From Selaginella moellendorffii (lineage: Eukaryota; Plantae; Lycopodiophyta), in the NCBI RefSeq assembly GCF_000143415.4, contig NW_003314344.1, forward strand, positions 194,336 through 258,335: DNA of 64,000 bases, in the 5' to 3' direction. The notes beneath the pieces were generated by a model that worked only from the letters and a program-made list of their open reading frames with translations, was not told the DNA's origin and did no database searches. Below, one piece after another: positions 11,766-21,294 of this stretch. Every line of letters begins with the position of its first letter. Position 1 is the stretch's first letter. The translations under genes were made by a program, and so were the position numbers.

Positions 11766-13673
11766 ATGCCTGTAGGTAAGGGCGCGAGGCTTTGATCGTC
11801 CCTGTTGTGACACGATTTCTCGCAGATCTTCCTGGATTTTACTTCGACATCGAGCGGAATCGGTACTTCCCGATCTCGCGGAAGCCGGAGGAAGCGCCAG
11901 CGCCGGCGGCAACTCCAGAGGCATCTATTTGGTATGCTTTGCTCGGATTTAATGGGAATTTTACCAGGCTGGGAAGAAGAAAGTCATTCCGATTCCAAAG
12001 CTACTGCTCGACAGGGAAATCTTCCCAAGGAATCCAGTGTTCTTCCGACGATCTACAGTGGAAACATTCTCAGTTCGTCCTCAGGTATTTGGATTCTTTT
12101 TTTTTTTTCTTTGTTTTCATTGTCTCTCGTGTTTGTGTCTACAGACATGGAGATATGGTGTCATTACGCCCCAGTGCGCTGTGGGCTGGGGATATTGCGG
12201 CTATTTCGAAAACAATGCAGTGTTCATGGGTAGTTCTCAAGGAGCAGCCTTGTAAGTTTTCTTCCAAGGGTCTGTTCTTTCCTCTCCAATCTCACACTTT
12301 TTTTTTCTGTGCAGTGTTGTATCCGAAACACATTGTCGTCGTCCAAACGATCGTTTCTCAATGATAATCCATCCATTGCCAAAGAACGAGTCTCTGCTAG
12401 AGCCTGGAAGGAGACCGCCATCTCTCGCTGTAAATCGCTCCCTATGCGCCGGTGGTTCTTCCATGGTTACTGCGATCAAGACGCTGTCAACCAAGCAAAA
12501 TCCACACAAAATCGCAATGTATGGTGTCTTGTACCTTCTTCTTTCGTTTCTCTTTCAGCTACTTATCTGACTGAGTTTCATCCCAGAGTTGCAAGGCTGG
12601 GAAATGCTACTGGCGGCAGCTTGCAAGTACTCGATCTCGATACTCTGGCAGTCACAGCCGATGTGAGGATAAACTATACAGTGTGGACCGCGGACATGTT
12701 CCCGTGCGGAACTAAAGCATCAATTGGTAAAGCTCTTTCTCTGTCATTGCGCAAGCTATTATTGATCTTCACAGGAACGCACACCAGAGCTGGGGTGGTG
12801 AACCTGCAAACTGGGCAGCGAAGCTGGATATATCACTGTCCCCACGACGTTTTGTCACAGAAAACCGATAGCACCGTAAGCTTGCTCTCCGTTGCCTTCC
12901 TTTTCTTTTCCTAGTTCGATTGACTTGCAGGGAAATATTGTCGTGTGTGGATTCCGGAATGGCTGCATCTTGTCACTTGATATCCGCGAACGGCGGTTTT
13001 GGGTAAGTCAAATGCTTGTGCTTCGATTCTATCAAGCTCACTCCCCCCTTATTACAGAAGATGGATTCAAGGAACAGCATACGCATGAAATCATCCGTTT
13101 GTAGGTAGAGGTTCTGCTTTGACATGGAGCATTCTTTTAATCACGGATTTCTTTAGCTTGCTGCTGCTTCCATCGGATGAATCTTACGTGGTAGCCAGTG
13201 ACATGAGCGACAGTGTAAGTCTCACTGCTTTCGGTTTTCAACAGCTTTTATTATTTGGTCAGATTCGGCTGTGGGATCGGCGTCTTGTGGGAAGAGGATG
13301 GTTGCGTTCCTTCGAAGGACATAAGAACTCGTTTTCATCCCTGCAGCTTGGCATAGATCCGACTGGAACGGTTCTTATGTCAGGTTTGAGATAAAATGGA
13401 AAACGGGCATGAGATGGATGGTTTCCGATCGTTTCAGGATGTGAAGACAATGCTGTCAGGATCTGGAGCTTACGAACTGGCAGCCTGTTACACACAGAAA
13501 CTGGTATCAGCTGCACACCGGCGAAACTCGTCTTTCGAGGTACTTGTAGGAAGTTTGATCAAAAGCGGAGCTCAACCTTTTGAAACTCACTAGAATCCGA
13601 TGACGACGAACTGTGGAGTACATGGCTTGCTTCCCGCGATGAGCTAGTCTACATGCACGCATCATCGCTATAG
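11766..13673 (+). CDS. DCAF4/WDR21-like WD40 protein (DDB1-CUL4 associated factor), multi-exon
   Basis: Micro-exon ATGCCTGTAG/GT spliced to DLPGFYFDIERNRYFPI, the hallmark DCAF4-family N-terminus. WD repeats include IRLWDRR (WDxR/DWD-like), FEGHKN, SGGEDNAVRIWSLRTG-like and CGFRNGCILSLDIR. Last exon ends ...LVYMHASSL* at 13673. Exact exon boundaries are not all resolved. Confidence 0.78.
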
Positions 13674-13726
13674 AGACTTAAAACGGTGGAGCTTCTCTTT
13701 CTCTTTCCTGGAGAACAACTTACAAC

Positions 13727-14301
13727 TTACAAGCGTGTTCTTCCGGCAAGCCTCGCTGCTGCCAGGAGATTGAGGAAATTCATGCCGACCACCACTGCTC
13801 TCGCATTGAACCGAGCCTGGAATCCCAACTCCAAGTAAGATAAACATAAAAAGGAATGACAATCACTTACTTCTTCTAACATGTCTTCTTCCTCCTCGTC
13901 GAGCATTCCCTCTTCTGTCAGACCATAGCCATCGCCAAAGCATTTGGGTGTTTCCTGGGCTCCAAAAACGCGAAACTTGAGTAACAGAGACCGAGAGAGA
14001 ATTTTTGGATTGGAGAAGTTACCGCCGGAGGTTGATCATCGGTTTCGTAGTAGAAGCTGTTTGAGCGGCCAGTGAGAACGGACTTTGCGAGGGACAGGGC
14101 CTTGTCGGCGGCTACTCGAGCTTTGCGCATCCACACGGCATGGCGGATTTTCCTCTTGGTTTTGGAGGTTCGCTTCTTGGGCACTGCCATGACGATGGTT
14201 GCCATACCTCTCTTGCTTGGTGGAGTCGATATTGGGCGAAATCGCAATGTGGTTGCTCCTCCCAGTCCCTGGCATGGTGCCATCGCCATGACCAGCGCCA
14301 T
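13727..14301 (-). CDS. rpl32: Nuclear-encoded plastid-type 50S ribosomal protein L32 with transit peptide and spliced C-terminal extension
   Basis: ATG at 14301 starts a ~37-aa Ala/Thr/Arg-rich leader, then [47 protein letters not shown] (plastid L32). Predicted phase-0 exons are 14301-14023, 13954-13871 and 13816-13727. Confidence 0.85.
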
Positions 14302-15205
14302 TGCTACTCTATCTCTCCAAAAAATAAAACCCTGCACAGTTATATCAAGGTAGAGTTTACCTTAGTTGACTTTTGTTGACCGGCGTGGTGATAGTCATAG
14401 TTGATGAGGCTGAGGTTCTGGATGCCAATGCTTCTAAGGGCGACAGATCAGCTGTCGAGCTTGCTTCAGAAAGTTCACGTCTCGGAACTTTCTTGCAAGC
14501 GAAATGGTGATTCAATCTCAGCAGGGATTTTTGGATGTAAGAACAATGTTTTTTTCCTCTGGATTCCTTAGCCAACTGATCAGTCTTGCAGGACGAGTAA
14601 TTACACTTAGATGAACAAACTGTCCACTCTAGGCCACCTCCCTCAGTGGCAGCAGGAGAGAGACTATTTTGCTGGGCTGCCTTGATCGAGCAAGTACCTG
14701 CAATAGTGCATACACTGTCAACCCTTCAATGTACGTCCTCGTGATGTATGGAGTTATGTCTCCGCATCGTTAATTTTGGGATCCCCAACTACAAACCTCT
14801 CGTCCTGTTCCATCATGCTCACTTCTGAATGGCAGGCGGATGACAAGCTTGACAGTCTTTCCGCAAGTGAAACTCCGATGCTGGACATTTCTGCTGTAGA
14901 AACAAATAACTTCACCACACTTCATCCTTATCTCATAGCAGGTTGGCAATTTCCTCATCACTAAGCACGGCATTGAACAATATCGCTTGTCGGTCTGCAG
15001 GATGAGTCGAAAACCGCTAGCGAAAGAGGGTGGTCACTGATGATTCCGGAAATTTGCATCTTCTTGCGATCCAAGCTCACAACCGTTTAATGTTCGACCT
15101 ACTGAAGCTATGTCTTCTTCTGCTTCTTTCAAATAACTGAGCCAACGGTTTTGATTTAACCAAAGTCAAGAGCGGATATGCCTAGAACATTGTTCGAGTA
15201 TTATA

Positions 15206-16258
15206 TCACTCCTCAGTTGGAGTAGCAGCCTCCTCCATGGCACGGAAGAACCTCTTCCACGACACGTAAATCCCCTCGGCGATCATGGCAGTGAGATCGT
15301 CCGGGCTTCCCAGCTTGTCCGAGTAGAACACCGGAAGATTGTAAAGCGTGTCCACCTTGTCGCCCAAATGATCCGCGCGCTCGAAGCAGTGAATGTAATT
15401 CTCTCGATCCACAAACGGTGGATCCACGCCGTCATCCTCCGCATCTCGATCTTCCAGCAAAACATTTGGATGTGGAGGCCCAATGCTCCTCACCGCCGCC
15501 GCCAAAAGAATCCGCCCAATCCTCCCATTCCCATCCCTGAAGGGATGGATTGCCTCAAACTGGTAGAAGAGCTGGCCGCCAAGCTCCAGCAGGGCATGGC
15601 AGCGCTCGCCCACGTCACCAATGTCCCGGAATATCCCCGCCAGCGAGAGGTTACAGTCACGCACGAGCTCCGCCAGCTCGGCCGCCACGCTGGCGGGCCG
15701 CCGGAACATCCGCCAGTATCCCACGCTCGTCCGCGTGAACGCATCCTCGCGTCGAATCCTCCCTGCGATCTCGGGCTTGGACGTCGCCAGCAGCATCTCG
15801 TGCGCGCGAGCGATCCCCTCCACGCTGAATCGCGGGATCTTCTGATGGATGACGCTGGCCAGCGCGAGATTGAGGCATCGCATCACCTCTGCGCGGCGAT
15901 CGTCGTGGGGGGCGGCGGCCAGATGCTCGCCGCGGCGCACGGCGTCCAGCGTGAGATCGAAGCTTTCGTAGCCTTCTTGTTCGATCCTGTTGGCCTGGAA
16001 GAGGAACTGGGCCAAGCCCTGGATGGATCCGTACGACGCCCCGCCCCAGCGCCTGTGGAGCTCCGGCATCGCCTCGTACCTCTTGCAAAATCCGGCGATG
16101 GCGGCCACCATGTCGCTGGTGCTCATGCGCGTCTTCCGCCAAAACGGGCGCTCCGTGTAGATGAGATCCCTAGACACGTCCCTGGATTCGTTCCCCACTG
16201 GAGCTCGGCGCGTCTGGATCGCGCCTCCAGCGCCCCATATCAGCCCGCCAGCATCCAT
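15206..16258 (-). CDS. Fic (Fido) domain protein, intronless, 350 aa
   Basis: Complete catalytic motif HPFRDGNGRIGR. Also present: HEMLL...AGRIR (Fic core and flap region) and N-terminal FQANRIEQEG, which resembles the (S/T)xxxE(G/N) inhibitory helix. GC-rich open frame in AT-rich flanks. Confidence 0.9.
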   Translation of the reverse strand: MDAGGLIWGAGGAIQTRRAPVGNESRDVSRDLIYTERPFWRKTRMSTSDMVAAIAGFCKRYEAMPELHRRWGGASYGSIQGLAQFLFQANRIEQEGYESFDLTLDAVRRGEHLAAAPHDDRRAEVMRCLNLALASVIHQKIPRFSVEGIARAHEMLLATSKPEIAGRIRREDAFTRTSVGYWRMFRRPASVAAELAELVRDCNLSLAGIFRDIGDVGERCHALLELGGQLFYQFEAIHPFRDGNGRIGRILLAAAVRSIGPPHPNVLLEDRDAEDDGVDPPFVDRENYIHCFERADHLGDKVDTLYNLPVFYSDKLGSPDDLTAMIAEGIYVSWKRFFRAMEEAATPTEE

Positions 16259-16499
16259 AGCCTTGACCTAATTCTATGAAAATTTTGATTTATGACCTAA
16301 CTTGACCTTATTTATAAACACATGTGGAGGTCGTTTAACTAAGTTAAAAAATATTATTTTCTTTTACCTTTCTTTACTTTCTGGGGAAAGGTTGTTATGA
16401 ATATTTAAAATATTCCATTAAAATATTTTTTAGTTTTTCTAAGTTTAAAAGATTTAACCTGATGTGTTTGGAACGTTTGTGTGTTTGCTCTATAACTTT

Positions 16500-17765
16500 G
16501 ATAAATTTTTTCTCTAGTTTCGAGAAAATGTACTTGCTTGAAGTGTTTCCATGAGGAAATAAATCTTTTCTTTGTTATTGCACTGAATTTTCACCGTTCA
16601 GGTAGGAAGTCAAGCTTTTGCAGTGACCGTGTTTTAACATAGTTTCTCTCCCATGTTTCTCAGGGCAGTCCCTAAAAAGAGAAGACAAACTACTTGCTTT
16701 TTCTCATACACAGTTTCCAGGTTATACTCTCTGCAACGGTTTAACTGGTTTTTTGTATTGTAGAGCTTGGAAGATCCCTTGGTGGCGGACTCGGTTCTGC
16801 GACTGGTCTCAATGGAGCTTTGGCACAGCTTGTCTCCTGGTCGTATAAACGTACGTGTTTAATCAGGTGTCTGCGTGACATTTTCTGATTTGATTCTTCA
16901 CATGAGATAGCGTGCCTCTTCAAGACGTTAACGTCGAGACCTTTCTGATCGTCAAGCTCAAAATCCGCATAGAACTGAAGTAAGTCCACGGGTTTCCGGA
17001 AGAGCACTCCTTGAACAACCGCCAGATCTTTTCCGAATCTTCAGAATACAGGGGTGAGTGACAGCACCGATGACTACGAAAAACCAAAGCCTGGCATCTG
17101 GCTAAGAAGATCAATTAAAAACTCTACAGAGCACTCACAAAACAGAAGAGCCGATGCGTCAGTTTCACTTCCCACAACAGCACCATCTAGAACCTTGAAA
17201 GCACTAGTTTAGTACGTAAAATTGTACCATCGATCCACTTTACCTTTCATCAAAGATGGCAGAAACCGTACTTCCAGCTTTCTTCTGCAGCCTCCGCCAT
17301 GGCTTAAGAAGCTTTTCGTCGTGAAAGAGCTCCATGCAATTTTATTCACTCGTTTCAACTCTTAGCATTTAACCAGGAGCCCAAGGGTTGTACGAGGAAT
17401 ACTAGTCAATTTGAGACTGACTTTATGTGCAGCTTAAAGAGATGGCACTGTGGAATGCCGGGGCGTTAAACAATCGCAAAGAATTGACAAAGTGTTTATC
17501 GAAGCTGAGCGTTCAAGAATTAAAAGATTTGGTCTGCAACAAGGTATATATAAAGCGCTGTACGTGGATTTCATTTCTGACATTTTCGTGCACAGTTGAT
17601 GCTGGGAACAGATACTTGGGCAGACAGGGTGATTTTTTAAAAGAAGTTCTAGTCTCAGCCTTTGAGAAAGGGATTTCATCAATGGTCTTCCACTGTATCC
17701 TACTGAGACCGTGATGTGGGATGAAAGTTTGGTGCCAAGCGTCAACTACACCGGCTAGGCAAGCC
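16500..17765 (+). pseudogene. Truncated, rearranged duplicate of the Aquarius gene (exons and introns), with an internal inversion
   Basis: 16500-16900 aligns with ~56640-57065. 16912-17334 is the reverse complement of ~57070-57594. 17335-17765 aligns with ~57595-58045. Several deletions and frameshifts; no helicase exons. Confidence 0.9.
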
Positions 17766-17879
17766 ACTTCTGAGCAGGAAACTTGAATTGCATAGTTTTC
17801 CCAAGATATTGTAACATCCATGGTTGATATTTGTTTGCAATATCAAGACTGCGGTGGAATGGTAGGCAGATCAAAGCAG

Positions 17880-18090
17880 GATGTGTGGGCCGTGAGCCTC
17901 ACACATCCTGATTGGTCTCGATTGGTCTCTATGAGAGATCCTCTATAGAGTTTCGGCCACAATGTTTCATCGACTTACCAGAAATTGATGTCTTTCGGTT
18001 TGGAACAGGAAGGAGAGTTTGTCCCGGTGCAAAGCTTGGACTTGATGCTGTCCATTGCGCGATATTGGTGATCCAGCAAAACTGAACATG
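17880..18090 (+). pseudogene. Cytochrome P450 C-terminal fragment
   Basis: DVWAVS (cf. NxWAI), EFRPQCF (cf. PERF) and the heme motif FGTGRRVCPG (~17999-18028), followed by an early stop. No N-terminal part. Confidence 0.75.
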
Positions 18091-18461
18091 GATCAAACAT
18101 ATTTTGGACTGGTATGTCAAAAGAGTCAACGGCTATCCCGATACCCAGGCTAGATTCTCATGTTTACTAGAAACTTCAGGCTTGTTTCTTCCATAAAGTT
18201 TGTTTATTCCTAGAGTTTCTCCAAATATCACTTATATTTTACATGGTTTATAAATTATGATTTTTCCACATATCAATACATTGTTATAAGCAAGAGTCAT
18301 CCTCCAAAAATAGTCATAGTAGCATGAGATGGAGCATATAGTTCATAATGGAGATGTACCTAAACCCTGAAAACTTTTAGGCCGTCGATTAGGCCCGATC
18401 CTGACCGTCCGTGTAGTACTGTTTTGGGGTTTAGAGTTCTTGGGTAGGGTTTGGACTCCGT

Positions 18462-21294
18462 ATGGAAGGGTATGTGAATGTAGCTGTGCCAGGAGGGAGT
18501 TCCAAGGCTTTCAGGGTTGATAGCTGTAAAGAAAGTGTCCTATCGCGTCTTGAGAAGCTGTATGGTGTTGGAGATCTACTCGATGCTGAGGGTTTTCCCC
18601 TCATAGAGGAAAGGTTGCACGCCGGCAGCTATGTCTACGCCATTCAAGGTATGTGCTAAATATTGTGTTTTCTTTGTCCTGATAAACTTGCGGTTTCGTT
18701 TTAACCAGGGCCAGAGCATGTCGTTGCAGAGCTCTGCCGCATCTATGCTGACCGTTTACGGGAAGCCCGAGATGTCACTCTGGAGAGGAACGCCCTGAGA
18801 GAAGATGACAGGCTTCCCATGGACGGCCTAGGTGATCTGCAGATACCGAGAGCTGATCCGGGGCTCTGCTTTCCAATTGTCGGCAGGCATGAGACACTCT
18901 GTTCGCTGGTGTATGGAGCTGTTTTGGCGTTCCGAAACTTCACACGGGCCAATAAGTGCAGTGCCTCCGTGGATGCGGGTCTCAGGGATCCTCACTTCAA
19001 CGCATTGATTGCGTATCCTGGGGCAGGCAAGTCTACCATTGGCAGGGACTTTCCTGCTGTTTTCAGGAAGTTTTGGACGTCGGGAGATGCCATTGAGTTT
19101 CTCAAGTCGCGGAAGCTGCTGGTGAATCGTGATTTCATTCAGATGGTGCAGGACTCTTTGGGTTATAACTTGTGTTTGTATCACAATATCCACGACCATC
19201 AAGGGGGTCTACTCTATCCCGTTGAGAGGAAGCTAGCTTCCTCGAAATCTTTTGAGCAGATTCTGGCATTAAGGTATGGAAATGTAGTTTCTTGTTTTCT
19301 GATTGTTTTTCTGATGCATGGAGGTTCAGGCTTCTCTTTGCGGCTGTTTCCAAGCCTGTGCCCACTCTGTCGTATGAAAGTATGCTACAGTCTATTGCAC
19401 ACATCGCCACGAGGATTACTCTGAATGACGTGCTTATTTTCTTCCGTAAAGCCGTGGAGACATCCCCATCCCACCAGAGGCCGATTCTCGTATCACTATT
19501 CCTCGACGAAATTAATTGTGCCGAGCATCTTGGGAATGCCTCCTGGCTGCAGGAGGTATTATCGTCTTATGTTTACTCCTTCCAAGCTTCAAGGGAGACA
19601 AACGTTTTACTTGTGGTCACTGCATCAGATAAGGCTGCGTCCTTCAGGCTGGGAAAAACTCCACATATTCCGATTCCTGTGTCCGCTCTGAAGGCCGAGG
19701 ATGCTGTTACGGTTGTTACAAACTTCTTTAACAGGCTTTCTGTTACACTTGGCCGCAGCGAGAAATTCTGCCCGAGCAACATACTCAAACTCTGCATTTC
19801 ACTTATTGGAGGGATGCCCCGACACTTGGGATACATGATAAGGGGAATGCTTACCAGCGACCCATCGGAACGCATCTGCGCAGCAACACTCTTACAGACC
19901 GCTCAGGAGTTCACCACTGATATTCTCATGGCAACTCTGAAAAATACAATCTCTCTCACTTCATGGAGTATCGACAAGTATGAACACGGTACTGGTTTTG
20001 CTATACTGCTAACTGCTCTGCGGCATTCTCTGCTGGGTACCGTCATCTACAGGTCGGACCCGGTTGTAGACAGCAACGACATACGTGTGATCCAATTTGA
20101 GGACAACTCTTGGGGCGCTTTAGAGCAGAAAGGGCTAATATCGTTGCAGCTTGTGGATTCCAATGCTTCACTTGAACCTGATCAGTGGCGCTGTCGAGCA
20201 CACTTTCCTCCCTTGCTTGCTCTCGCAATGCAGAGCGGCAGTAACGACTATTTTACTCCTTGTTTCCCATCTGCTACAGAGCGAAGATTTCGTGGACGGG
20301 AATTGAGCGACTTACAATTCATAGCCTTTATGATCTTTCTTCTGAAGTCACCCTTATTAGAAGAAGGATCACCTCATGTGTTCAGGTAAAAAGCTTTTCT
20401 CTTTATGCAATTTCGGTGACTAAGATGATTTTGCAGGCTGCGAGATATTGTTCCGTGTGTTTGGGATATTCATAGGGAGCTGGAGTCGCTAGTTCTACCT
20501 TATCCAGATGAAGGTCGGGTTACGCCGTACAGGACAATGGACCACGTTACTGGAGCTGCTCTACAGGCACTGGTTTTGCGTCTAGGCCCCAGGTTTTCTC
20601 TGCTCGCCAGTGGGAATTCTGGTTTGGATTCTGTGCACGTTCTTGACAACTTCCTCATTATCACCCACACAAGGTCGTCTGATGATGCTAAAGAACAACC
20701 ACAGTCAGATGCTGCCACGATCTTTTGGACATGTCTCTCGGACTTGACAGGGGTAGCTCGTCTGGAGCATTTGACAACCGCTGACTTGGACGAGTTCGGG
20801 CCTGTGCCTACAGATTTACAACAGGAGGTTCAGCAGTTGTGTGATAACATTGATTTGGACGAGTTCGGGCCTGCGCCTGCAGATTTACAACAGGAGGTCC
20901 TGTCACGCAAGCGGTTGCGTGACAACATACCTTCATCTCCAGCACCCTCGAGTGGACCATCCAGACTCACCCGTTCTAAACGAGCATCAAAGTTGAGGTA
21001 TGATAATTTTGTTGGGATGCATGAAGAAGTCGACTATCCAACACAGTCAGCAGGTATTTTATTTTGTTTTCTTAGCTCATTTCTGTTTATTTTTTTCCTT
21101 TGGCAGGATGCTATGATCTATCAAATATTGTTTATATATACTCTTCCGACCATTACATAGAGCAGTCGGAGCGGTCGAAGATCATGAATTCCCAGAATCC
21201 GTTGTCCAGAAGGATTGTCATCAGGCAGGCTGATTCAGCAGGCGTTCTGGACATGCTGTCCGAGGTTCGCCATTTATCTCCTCTTGTAGTTTGA
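18462..21294 (+). CDS. Crinkler/CR-effector-like protein: small ubiquitin-like header + P-loop NTPase + degenerate restriction-endonuclease-like C-terminus
   Basis: Six in-phase exons: 18462-18648, 18709-19273, 19330-20385, 20437-21053 and 21107-21294 as read (five coding blocks), all with GT-AG junctions. Walker A AYPGAGKS, Walker B ILVSLFLDE, GGMPRHL, then GNSGLDSV. Telo-box AAACCCT/TAGGGTTT upstream. Family assignment is by motif architecture only. Confidence 0.7.

Noticed and set aside
14360-15150. Possible decayed gene fragment upstream of rpl32 (weak helicase-like IQNLSLINYDY on the minus strand)
   Set aside because: Multiple stops and only one weak motif; cannot be supported by eye.
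8693-16258. Functional link between Sec61 alpha and Fic (cf. ER FICD acting on BiP)
   Set aside because: This Fic has no visible signal/TM/TPR region, and proximity in a gene-dense eukaryotic genome is not evidence.
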